Shown here: one piece after another, positions 38,395 through 47,433 of the stretch
Layout: the number at the start of each line of letters is the position of its first letter
Position numbering within the stretch: the stretch's first letter is position 1
NCBI GenBank assembly: GCA_018396865.1
Contig: JAGTRB010000001.1
Span: 133,970-197,969, forward strand
DNA: 64,000 nucleotides
Source: Candidatus Bathyarchaeota archaeon
GTDB lineage: Archaea > Thermoproteota > Bathyarchaeia > TCS64
Direction of reading: 5' to 3'
Notes under the pieces: model-generated
Database searches by the model: none
Told to the model about the DNA's origin: nothing
Seen by the model: only the letters and a program-made list of their open reading frames with translations
Program-made: the position numbers and the translations under genes

Positions 38395-40083
38395 TTAAGC
38401 CTCCATTATGAACTCCTTAAGCCCTTTACCCGGGGGGACCATCGGGAAGACGTTCTCCTCAGGGTCTATGGGGACATCTATAACGGTTGTCTGATCTGCC
38501 TCAATCGCCCTCCTAATCTCCCTCTCAAGCTCCTCCAAAGACTCGGGGCGGACTCCTACAGCTCCATAGGCCTCGGCGAGCTTCACGAAATCGGGAGCCT
38601 TCCCAAGCTCCACACCGAAGTACCTCCTACCGTAAAAGAGCCTCTGCCACTGGGCGACCATGCCCAGCATCCTGTTGTTAAGGATCACCACGATAACCGG
38701 GAGTTCCTCCTCAACAGACGTGGCCAGGTTGTTCTCGGTCATGGCGAAGCTTCCGTCCCCCGCTATGTCAACAACAGGGACATCCCTCCTCGCGGCCTTA
38801 GCCCCTATTGCGGCGGGGAATCCCCACCCCATCGTTCCTAACCCACCAGATGTGAGAAAGGTCCTCGGGGCGTAGGAGTCGAAGTAGAGGGAGGCCCACA
38901 TCTGGCACTGCCCAACCTCCGTCGTGATTATCGCATCCCTCGGTAGGCTCCTCCTAAGCGCCCTCATAACCTCCGGCCCCCTCATGTGGGGGTTACCCTT
39001 TGCCTCCGGCATGATGTAGAGCTCTCTCAGCTCATTGATCCTCCTAACCCACTCAGAGTCTCCGGAGGCCTCGAGCCTGATCCTTCGCAGCCTTTCCAGG
39101 AGACCCGTCAGGGCAAGCTTCGCATCTCCGACCACCCTCGTCACGGTCTCGACATTCTTGTCTATCTCACTCCGATCTATGTCCACGTGGATCACCTTCG
39201 CGTTCGGTGAGAACTCCTTCACGAGCCCCGTCGTCCTATCGGAGAGCCTAGCCCCCACGACGAGTAGTACATCAGCCTCCGCTAAGAGGGTGTTAGCTTC
39301 CCCTGTTCCATGCATTCCGCATCCACCGACATATAGTGGGTGGTCGTTTGGCACGGCGCCCTTCCCCATCAGGCTGGTCGCCACAGGGGCCATGAGGGCC
39401 TCTGCTAGGGCTATCAGCTCCCTGGAGGCGTTGGAGGATATGACACCCCCACCCGCAAGTATCATGGGCCTCTTAGCCCGGGAGAGGAGAACAGAGGCCC
39501 AGTCAAGCTCCCTTGGATCAGGCTCCTCCTGGACCCTATAACCCCTGAAGCTGACCTTCTCGGGAAACTCCATATCCTCGACGGATGTCTGGACATCCTT
39601 TGGAATATCCACTAGGACCGCGCCCTTCCTCCCCGTGGAGGCCAGGTAGAAGGCGGCCTTAACAGCCCAAGGTATATCCCTCGCTCCTCTCACCTGTATA
39701 TTGTACTTCGTTACAGAGGCGGACACGCCTATGATGTCAACCTCTTGGAAGGCATCGGTCCCTATCACCGGGATCGGCACTTGGCCCGTGAAGGCCACGA
39801 CGGAAGACGAGTCTATGTTGGCTGTGGCTATCCCTGTGACCAGATTTGTGGCTCCAGGCCCCGACGTAGCCAAGCAGACGCCAACCCTACCGCTCGCCCT
39901 GGCATAGCCGTCCGCCATGTGGGCCGCTCCCTGCTCGTGGCGGGCTAGGATGAACCTTATATCAGAGTCGTATAGGGCATCGCAAATGGGGAGTATTGCG
40001 CCCCCTGGCAGGCCGAAGATGGTCTCGACCCCTTCCCTTTTCAAGGCCTTGACGAAGGCCTCAGCCCCGGACATCCTAGTCAT
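38395..40083 (-). CDS. ilvB: Acetolactate synthase large subunit
   Basis: RHEQGA, TSGPGATN, SGGLGTMG, GDGS..NN TPP motif, LGMVAQWQ. Confidence 0.97.
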   Translation of the reverse strand: MTRMSGAEAFVKALKREGVETIFGLPGGAILPICDALYDSDIRFILARHEQGAAHMADGYARASGRVGVCLATSGPGATNLVTGIATANIDSSSVVAFTGQVPIPVIGTDAFQEVDIIGVSASVTKYNIQVRGARDIPWAVKAAFYLASTGRKGAVLVDIPKDVQTSVEDMEFPEKVSFRGYRVQEEPDPRELDWASVLLSRAKRPMILAGGGVISSNASRELIALAEALMAPVATSLMGKGAVPNDHPLYVGGCGMHGTGEANTLLAEADVLLVVGARLSDRTTGLVKEFSPNAKVIHVDIDRSEIDKNVETVTRVVGDAKLALTGLLERLRRIRLEASGDSEWVRRINELRELYIMPEAKGNPHMRGPEVMRALRRSLPRDAIITTEVGQCQMWASLYFDSYAPRTFLTSGGLGTMGWGFPAAIGAKAARRDVPVVDIAGDGSFAMTENNLATSVEEELPVIVVILNNRMLGMVAQWQRLFYGRRYFGVELGKAPDFVKLAEAYGAVGVRPESLEELEREIRRAIEADQTTVIDVPIDPEENVFPMVPPGKGLKEFIMEA

Positions 40084-40300
40084 ACCCGGCCTCCTCCTCT
40101 ACAGGGGCCTTCCTAAAAGCTTCTGCAAACTCTAAGTTTAGGGGCCTTGAGGCTACGCCTTTCGGATGGGGCTTATTCGGGGAGAATAAAACAATACCCC
40201 ATCTATGTTTCCCCCCTCTCAGGGGTGTGGAGAACTCTATACCCCATTTCTACTCCCTCAAGATATGTGGATACCACCTATTAGAAAGCTGGATAAAAGC
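40084..40300 (-). promoter_or_regulatory. Long structured leader of ilvBNC with two uORFs
   Basis: TATA-like TTTTATCC near 40291-40298; uORFs 40247-40203 (MGYRVLHTPERGET) and 40202-40173 (MGYCFILPE); hairpin GATGGGG..TATTC..GAATA..CCCCATC. Confidence 0.5.
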
Positions 40301-40502
40301 TTTTCTCTCCCCACTCGCTTCATGTAGGAGGTTTTTAGGAGGCAGAGAATTGAAGATCCGGCTCCTACGAAAATCTCCGTTCAGCGGCAAACTTCGATCA
40401 TACTGTTAAGATCGCTTCAGAGCATGCTTCCATTATCTCGATTTTCTTTCCTTCTCACACCTTCTAGAAGTTGCTATTTCTTAATGGTCTTTCAATAATA
40501 TG

Positions 40503-41120
40503 TTATCTGATTTGTTTTGGGTAGGCGAGTCTACTATGTTTGAGGCCCAATTTTACGGCGATCTCCGCCAATTTTATGGATGCCTCGGCCCCATCTATGA
40601 CCGGGAGGTTGAACTCCTCCCTCAGCCTCCTTCCTAGGCCCCAGAGGGCTAGGCAGCCCAAATAAAAGGCGTCCCCCTCCCCCCTCTCAATACTGCCCTT
40701 GATCATCCTCCTTATCATCTCAATCGTCTTTTCGAGATCTCGCCTCATCTCAAGAACCGGGATCTCCGGGGTTATACAGCAGGGCTTGGTTCCAATCATA
40801 GAAGCTAGAATCCTCATTGCCTCCCCTGGACCTATCACCGGTATGTCGACAAGCTCTCTGGCCGCTTTTAGGGCTGGATCCCCGGCGCACCAGATGATGG
40901 CCGCGTCACATCCATCCCTCTCAGCGCCCCTAACCAATCTGAGTATCTCAGGCCCGGCTTCCACTGCGTCCACCTCCGCCTCTATGGCCTGCGGCCCCCT
41001 CTCGGCCACGACGGCGTCTATCTCCGTATCTCTTTCAGCCAGGGTTCTGAGGTACCTCAGCCTCTCCTCGATCTGCCCTTCCGAGAGGCCTAGGATCGGG
41101 ATAATAACCCTTATCTTCAA
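40503..41120 (-). CDS. Asp/Glu/hydantoin racemase family protein
   Basis: IIWCAGDPAL.AARELVDIPVIG, YLGCLAL, LPVIDG (two-Cys racemase). Confidence 0.88.
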   Translation of the reverse strand: MKIRVIIPILGLSEGQIEERLRYLRTLAERDTEIDAVVAERGPQAIEAEVDAVEAGPEILRLVRGAERDGCDAAIIWCAGDPALKAARELVDIPVIGPGEAMRILASMIGTKPCCITPEIPVLEMRRDLEKTIEMIRRMIKGSIERGEGDAFYLGCLALWGLGRRLREEFNLPVIDGAEASIKLAEIAVKLGLKHSRLAYPKQIR

Positions 41121-41179
41121 ACTCTCCCGAGCCCCTGTGAAAATCTCACCAAAACTTGATGATAATCTTATAGGATAAA

Positions 41180-42169
41180 TTAGAGCTCTATTCTAATCAT
41201 CCTTCTTAGCCTCTCCTCGACCTCGTTTATCGGATGTCTGAGGGCCTCTTCCTTGAGTCTTCTGAACATGGGGTAACCTGCCTGCTGCTCCAGCTGCCAC
41301 TCCCTTGCAAATCTCCCTGTCTTAATCTCCCTTATGACCTCCTTAATCATGCCCTTAGCCGAGTCGGGCATAACCCTGGAGCTATAGGTTAGGGTTCCAT
41401 ACTGGCTAGTCGTTGAATGTAGGGACATCTGCTTATAGAGCCCCATCTTGGCGGCGGCCCTGAAGACCTCCGCCAGCTCTCCGGAGGCGTACATCTCCAA
41501 TAGGACGGCCTCCGGCGTGTACCCCTCCTCGACGAGGGCCTCGAACCCTAGCTGTATCGCGCGGAAGATAACTGGGACGGTGTAGTGCTCCGAAAAGTGG
41601 TCGAGTTCGGCCTCCTCCGCAAAGCTCAGCTCCATCACGCCCACCCTCGTCGCTCCGATGGCTTTGGCTAAAGCCAGAACCCTCCTCAACCCCTCGCCCG
41701 AAGCGTCCTGTCCAACCGAGATGAAGGCTGGCGCCCCAGATCCCCTCTGGAAGAGCTCTCTCACATATGTGCCTATCATCCTTGGTGCTAGTAGGAGGAT
41801 ATCCACATCTCTGGGTGGTTTTATGAAGCCGTAATGTATGGTGTAGCCGTGAGCGAAGACTAAGGCTTTTCCCTTGGAGAGATTCTCTTTCACTTCCCTA
41901 TTATAAACCTCTGGCTGCACCTCGTCGGGGAGAAGAAATAGGATAATCTCGGCGAGCTCAGATGCCCTGGAGATGGGATATACCTTGAAACCATCCTCAA
42001 CGGCCCTATCCCAGCTCTCATCCCTTATGCTTCCAACTATCACATTTAGGCCGCTATCTCTCATGTTTAGGGCCTGAGCCCTGCCTTGGTTTCCATAACC
42101 TACAACGGCTATGGTTTTATCGGATATAACCTTGAGATCCGCGTCAGCATCATAATAAACCTTAACCAT
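41180..42169 (-). CDS. ilvC: Second, divergent ketol-acid reductoisomerase-like protein
   Basis: GYGNQG, FAHGY, LAPRMIG, EAELDHFSEH, EMYASGE. Confidence 0.85.
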   Translation of the reverse strand: MVKVYYDADADLKVISDKTIAVVGYGNQGRAQALNMRDSGLNVIVGSIRDESWDRAVEDGFKVYPISRASELAEIILFLLPDEVQPEVYNREVKENLSKGKALVFAHGYTIHYGFIKPPRDVDILLLAPRMIGTYVRELFQRGSGAPAFISVGQDASGEGLRRVLALAKAIGATRVGVMELSFAEEAELDHFSEHYTVPVIFRAIQLGFEALVEEGYTPEAVLLEMYASGELAEVFRAAAKMGLYKQMSLHSTTSQYGTLTYSSRVMPDSAKGMIKEVIREIKTGRFAREWQLEQQAGYPMFRRLKEEALRHPINEVEERLRRMIRIEL

Positions 42170-42250
42170 CTAACTCCTCCTTATCATTCATGATACCATT
42201 TAATTATGAACCCTCTTATATGGAGGCTTAAATCCGTCGGCTCTAGATTT

Positions 42251-42511
42251 TTAGCCTCCTATCCTGTAGATGATATCCCCCTCTCTCACTCTTCCCGAGA
42301 CCTTTAGACCTATAGAAGACCCTGGGCCCGCCTCCTTCACGGGCTTATGTTCGATTTCCATAGACTCCACGACCTGTTCGAAGTTTGTGGTCATGCCTTT
42401 GATGGCGATGTGATCTCCCACCCTGAGGGGGGCGGTGAGTTCAACCACGGCGACCCCTATCCTCCCATAATAATGGGTCACACTACCAACTTTCTCAAGG
42501 GATCTAGACAT
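42251..42511 (-). CDS. Small translation-factor-like beta-barrel protein (U32 C-terminal-like)
   Basis: VGSVTHYYGRIGVAVV, SMEIEH, VREGDIIY. Confidence 0.85.
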   Translation of the reverse strand: MSRSLEKVGSVTHYYGRIGVAVVELTAPLRVGDHIAIKGMTTNFEQVVESMEIEHKPVKEAGPGSSIGLKVSGRVREGDIIYRIGG

Positions 42512-42722
42512 GGTTAAAACTCCTCCATTAAAAATAAAAAGCCTTCCCCACGGGCGCGTGCTAAATGGCTTTATCCTGGGAGGCTCTTCCATCACAGCCG
42601 TCCTAGGAGGATTAGGAACCCTATCAGCCACTTCATAGGGCTCTAGGTTTGGAGACTTGTCCCCTCACTTGCCGCTCAAGGATAAATATGGAATCACCTA
42701 AAATTCACTGGGGCTGATTGGG

Positions 42723-43949
42723 TTGAGCTTCATAACTCACCTGGAATGCTCAAAGTGTGGGAAGGAATTTGATGCCGAGAAGGTTCAGACCGTCTGCGAC
42801 TCGTGTGGAAAGCCACTATTAGCTCGTTACGATATTGAGGCTGCGAGTCAGGCCTTAGATAGAGAAAGCCTAAGAGGGAGAGAGGCCACGATGTGGCGTT
42901 ACTTTGAGCTTCTGCCGGTCAAGGATAAGAGTAACATCGTGAGCCTAGGGGAGGGATGGACCCCCCTCACCCCAGCCCCAAGGCTTGGGAGAATGATCGG
43001 GGTCCCAAAGCTCTGGATCAAGGACGAGGGTGTAATACCAACCGGCTCCTTCAAAGCCCGGGGCCTATCGGCAGCTGTCTCAAAGGCTAAGGAGCTGGGG
43101 ATTAGACGTGTCGCCATGCCCTCAGCTGGAAACGCGGCTGGGGCTCTAGCCGCCTATGGAGCCAGGGCTGGAATGGATGTCTACGTTCTTATGCCTGAGG
43201 ATGCCCCAAGGGTTAACATAGTGGAGTCTCACATCGCGGGGGCGAGGGTCTTCTTGGTTAAGGGGCTGATAACCGACGCTGGGAGGCTGGTCTCAGAGAA
43301 GGAGGCTGAGGCGGGCTGGTTCAACCTCTCGACTCTGAGGGAGCCATATAGGGTTGAGGGTAAGAAGACCATGGGCTTCGAGATAGCCGAGCAGATGGAC
43401 TGGGATCTTCCCGATATAATAGTCTATCCCACCGGAGGGGGGACAGGGATAATAGGTATGTGGAAGGCCTTCCAGGAGCTTGAGAACCTGGGTTGGATTG
43501 GAGATGAGAGGCCGAGGATGATATCCGTCCAGGCTGAGGGATGCGCACCTTTATATAAGGCTTACATGGAGGGCAAATCAGAGTCAGAGTACTGGGAGGG
43601 CGCCAGGACCATAGCCGCAGGCATAAGGGTGCCGAAGGCTCTAGGGGATTTCCTCATCCTTAGGATTATAAGGGAGAGCGGGGGGATGGTCGTAACCGTC
43701 AGCGACGAAGAGATAATAGAGTCTATAGGCCTGATTGCCAAGAAAGAGGGGATATTCCCATGCCCTGAGGGGGCTGCAACCCTAGCAGCCCTAAGGGGCC
43801 TGGTGGAGGAGGGGAAGGTAGACAGGGATGAGAGGGTGGTCATCTTCAACACGGGCTCAGGCCTCAAATACGTAGACCTATTCCCCGTCGAGGCCCCCCT
43901 TATCCATCCTAAGAGAGAAAGGCTTCAAATTTTTAATAATCCTCTGTGA
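42723..43949 (+). CDS. thrC: Threonine synthase
   Basis: CxxC..CxxC N-terminus, LGEGWTP, PTGSFKAR, SAGNA, TGSGLK. Confidence 0.92.
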   Translation: MSFITHLECSKCGKEFDAEKVQTVCDSCGKPLLARYDIEAASQALDRESLRGREATMWRYFELLPVKDKSNIVSLGEGWTPLTPAPRLGRMIGVPKLWIKDEGVIPTGSFKARGLSAAVSKAKELGIRRVAMPSAGNAAGALAAYGARAGMDVYVLMPEDAPRVNIVESHIAGARVFLVKGLITDAGRLVSEKEAEAGWFNLSTLREPYRVEGKKTMGFEIAEQMDWDLPDIIVYPTGGGTGIIGMWKAFQELENLGWIGDERPRMISVQAEGCAPLYKAYMEGKSESEYWEGARTIAAGIRVPKALGDFLILRIIRESGGMVVTVSDEEIIESIGLIAKKEGIFPCPEGAATLAALRGLVEEGKVDRDERVVIFNTGSGLKYVDLFPVEAPLIHPKRERLQIFNNPL

Positions 43950-43981
43950 GATGCGCGAACGATAATCCTTTAGAAACTGGT

Positions 43982-44824
43982 TCATAACTCGAAGTTTTTG
44001 AGAATCCCGTCTATAGCTCTTCCAACGTTTTCACCTACGTAGCCCCCCTCGAGAACGAAGAAGGTCGGCTTTCCAAAAGAAGCCAGAATTTTCCCTATCT
44101 TCTCATAGGTTTTTTCACTTAAACCCAAAGACGCCAGGTCTCCAGAGTAAGCGTCAAAACCGGATGAGACGGCTATCACCTCGATCCTTCCCATGTCCAC
44201 CATTTTCAGGGCTTCTTGGAGGGTTTTCAGGTAAACAACCTCTCCGCAGTTCGCTGGCAGTGGGAAGTTCAGGCAGTTTAACTCTGAATAGTAGCCTGTT
44301 CCCGGATAGTGTGGGTGTCTATGCAATGAGACATATACGATCCTTGGATCGCCTAGAAAAATTTCCTGTGTCCCATTACCATGGTGCCCATCGATATCTA
44401 AGATCAGCGTGGGCCTGTCGAGACGTTTCACCGCTACAGCGATGTTGTTTATGTAGCAAAAACCCCTCGTATGGGCGCCTAAAGCAGCTCCAGACCTGCC
44501 TACGTGATGTCCGGGGGGTCTCATTAGAGAGAAACCGTTCATCTCCGCGGCTAGAATCGCCCCTCCAGCTGAGAGCATAGCATATTCGTAAATGTTGTCA
44601 TAGGCGGGTGTGTCAACATCCTCCACATCCCCACCTTTAAGCAGCTGGATGTATTTTGGATCATGAACTCTGAGAAGGTCCTCCTCCCTTGCAGGTTGTG
44701 GTTCTATAAACTCGTATCCCCTTTCCTTCAATATCTCATAAGCCCTCTTCACCCTTTCCGGGCTTTCGATGTGCCAGGACCCATACTCCAAACACCTCTC
44801 AGAATATATAACCATCGGCTTCAT
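43982..44824 (-). CDS. Histone deacetylase family protein; start ATG 44824
   Basis: ESPERV, RPPGHH, GFC, DIDGHHGNGTQ, GFDA, LEGGY. Confidence 0.95.
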   Translation of the reverse strand: MKPMVIYSERCLEYGSWHIESPERVKRAYEILKERGYEFIEPQPAREEDLLRVHDPKYIQLLKGGDVEDVDTPAYDNIYEYAMLSAGGAILAAEMNGFSLMRPPGHHVGRSGAALGAHTRGFCYINNIAVAVKRLDRPTLILDIDGHHGNGTQEIFLGDPRIVYVSLHRHPHYPGTGYYSELNCLNFPLPANCGEVVYLKTLQEALKMVDMGRIEVIAVSSGFDAYSGDLASLGLSEKTYEKIGKILASFGKPTFFVLEGGYVGENVGRAIDGILKNFEL

Positions 44825-44912
44825 CGAAACCCATAAACTCCCTCCCCCTTTTAATATATAAAACATCGATGAGATCTGGTGGAATCAAACTATAAAATGG
44901 AGATTAATTATT

Positions 44913-45272
44913 TCAGAGAAACCCCAGTATACCTAATCCGATTAAGCCGAGTATTGCGATTATTACTATGAAAATTATTACTGCAATCAAAGCTATAAGG
45001 AAAGCTTTTAACCATCCGCAGTCGAAGAAGTGTTTAATCAACGCTAACCAAACTATGAGCATGATGATTGCGGCGATTAACCCGCTGAGGAGGGAGTTTA
45101 CTACCGCGCCTAAAAGCTGGCCTATTATGACTATACTTATTGCGTCTGTGAATTTTGCCTTCTCCTTACCTACCAGTGCCCTTCCAGAGAGCCACAGCGC
45201 AGGTGCGACCACTATTATACCAGCTAAAATCTGTATAAGCAACGCCGTTAAATTCATATATCTACTTCCCAC
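44913..45272 (-). CDS. Small multi-pass membrane protein
   Basis: About four hydrophobic helices; KHFFDCGWLKA. Confidence 0.8.
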   Translation of the reverse strand: MGSRYMNLTALLIQILAGIIVVAPALWLSGRALVGKEKAKFTDAISIVIIGQLLGAVVNSLLSGLIAAIIMLIVWLALIKHFFDCGWLKAFLIALIAVIIFIVIIAILGLIGLGILGFL

Positions 45273-45444
45273 TCCTATTTCTGGAACTATTCCATTTCCC
45301 TTATAAACTTATCTACTAGAATTTCTTGTTTAACATGATCATTAAATATGATCTTGGAAAAATCTCAACCAGAGTTAATCAAAAATTTCATGAAGTCAAA
45401 TCTCTCTTTTTTTGACAATTCCCATCCTTCTCTTTTTCAGAATA

Positions 45445-46416
45445 TTAAGAAGAGCTGTAAGTTAGAGGTGTAGCTAGATCAGCTATGTCTATTATATGCT
45501 TAGCTATCTCCTTCACAAGTTCTGCGAGTGCTGGGAGGCGGCTTCTGGCGTTCACGGTCATGTAGTTGAGATTGCTGAGCAGTTCCTCCTCTCGCCTCTG
45601 AAGCTCCTCTATACTCTCCCTGCTCTTGGAGAGGAAGGCCTCGACGGCTAGGTTCTGCATCTCCTCCAGGTTTTTACCCGCCTCTCCGAGGATCCTCCTC
45701 TCCTCCCCCTCTAGTTTGAGTCCATCTATCCTCATCCCAACGATTCCGACGGATGCGTCCCCTATTCTCTCTAGGAGATGGGATGCAACCCTATAGTCGA
45801 GGAGATCCACGAGGCTGAGTTTAAGTTTTGAGGGGAGAAGGGGAGTGATCATCGCGCTGCGGATAAGCCTCACGATCAGGAAGTAGATCCTGTCGACCTC
45901 TTCATCCCTCTCCACAACCACCCTCGCGAGGTGTTCATCCCCCTCCACGATGGAGTTTATGGCATCTCTGCACATCCCCACAGTCAGGAGATGCATCCTC
46001 CTGAAGAGGCTCTCAAGACTGAGGTTCTCAGTCTGGAGGAGGAACTGGAGGGTTACAGACCTCGCATCCTCCTCCACGATCTCAAGCCCTATCAGCTGTC
46101 TATAAGCCCTCTTTAGAGCCTCTCTATCCTCGAATGAGATCCTAGCCTCTCCCATTATCTTGATGGTGTCAAAGCCTAGGAGGTAGGCCGCCGTTATAGT
46201 GTTTTGGAGGTGAAGTTGGCTGGGTGTTGGATATGGCACCCTGAGCTCCTTAGGGCGCCCCTCCTCGCCCTTGAAGGGGCGTATCATGAGGGATCCGTCC
46301 CCCCTCAGCTCTAAGGCCAAGATGCTCCCCTTCCTTATCCTGGAGCCTTCAGCCCACTGCTTAGGTAGGGATATGAGGAGGGCCCCTCCTATCTCCTGGA
46401 CCTTCCTAAGCTCCAT
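45445..46416 (-). CDS. phoU: Phosphate uptake regulator (AbrB + PhoU domains)
   Basis: RKVQEIGG..ISLPKQW, RDEEVDR, LERIGD. Confidence 0.92.
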   Translation of the reverse strand: MELRKVQEIGGALLISLPKQWAEGSRIRKGSILALELRGDGSLMIRPFKGEEGRPKELRVPYPTPSQLHLQNTITAAYLLGFDTIKIMGEARISFEDREALKRAYRQLIGLEIVEEDARSVTLQFLLQTENLSLESLFRRMHLLTVGMCRDAINSIVEGDEHLARVVVERDEEVDRIYFLIVRLIRSAMITPLLPSKLKLSLVDLLDYRVASHLLERIGDASVGIVGMRIDGLKLEGEERRILGEAGKNLEEMQNLAVEAFLSKSRESIEELQRREEELLSNLNYMTVNARSRLPALAELVKEIAKHIIDIADLATPLTYSSS

Positions 46417-46486
46417 TCCGAAACTATAAGGGTCTTTAAAGTTTTAATAGGTTACCTTAATATTTAACTCCCTGAAACCTAATCGG

Positions 46487-47293
46487 ATGGCCTCAGGGGA
46501 TGATTCTAGGAGATCTTCATCTAGGGCCCAGAGGATTACCCTCATAGCCCTATCCGCTTCCCTGTATGCTGTGGGCTCCTACATAACCTCTTACATCGAG
46601 AGCCCATGGGGCATAGGCCAGTTCAGACCAGCTGTTGTCATTCCCTTCTTCTTCGCTGTTGCATACGGCCCAGCTGTAGGAGGCCTAGGCGCGGCCCTGG
46701 GGACCTTCCTGGCCAGCCTGATCAGGTATGGACAGCCCTTCCTGACCCTGGTATCTGGAACCCCTGGGAACCTAGCTGGATTCTATCTTGTAGGTCTTCT
46801 TCATAAGAGATTCACGTGGCCCAAGTTCTTGGCGGTATCCTTCCTAGGCCTCCTGGTAGGAAATCTAATTGCCGCCTTCGGGGTCTTATTAGCAGCATAC
46901 CTAGGGCTATATCCTCCAATAGCGGGCATGACTGCACAACCCCCTGGGGTTCAGGCCTCCTTCGTTTTGGGATTGACCCTCTTCTGGATGGTTACCATGT
47001 GGCCCTTCATCCTTGTCCTTGTTCCCTTGATGCTAAGGTCCGCGAGCGGCCTTCTACCCGACCACATCAGAACTCATCTCCTAAGGCCCAACGAGGCGAG
47101 GTTCTCCTTTTCACTCTCCTTCTCCACGGTGGGCCTCCTCGCCCTATTGATAGGGGTGATCGCCCTTCAATTTCCAGGAGCCTTCGCCCCGGCTGGAACT
47201 GCTGCCGTCGGAGCCATCTCAACTGTCTTCACCGCAATAGGGGTTCTACTTCTGGGTGCGGGATTGCTCCACGCCCTAAGGGGATCTAAATAG
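46487..47293 (+). CDS. ECF transporter S component
   Basis: ASLYA, QFRPAVVIP, GPAVGGLGAALG; multi-TM. Confidence 0.8.
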   Translation: MASGDDSRRSSSRAQRITLIALSASLYAVGSYITSYIESPWGIGQFRPAVVIPFFFAVAYGPAVGGLGAALGTFLASLIRYGQPFLTLVSGTPGNLAGFYLVGLLHKRFTWPKFLAVSFLGLLVGNLIAAFGVLLAAYLGLYPPIAGMTAQPPGVQASFVLGLTLFWMVTMWPFILVLVPLMLRSASGLLPDHIRTHLLRPNEARFSFSLSFSTVGLLALLIGVIALQFPGAFAPAGTAAVGAISTVFTAIGVLLLGAGLLHALRGSK

Positions 47294-47433
47294 CGGGAGT
47301 TTAATCTAGGCTTAGGCCGACGATGTGAGCTTCCCAAGGGTCGTTTAATTGGAATCTTCAGGGTTTAAATTTCAGGGTTTTTAAGCACCTTTCTGGGCAC
47401 CATTTTTATAAAAGGATCTCATAGTAAGAGGCT

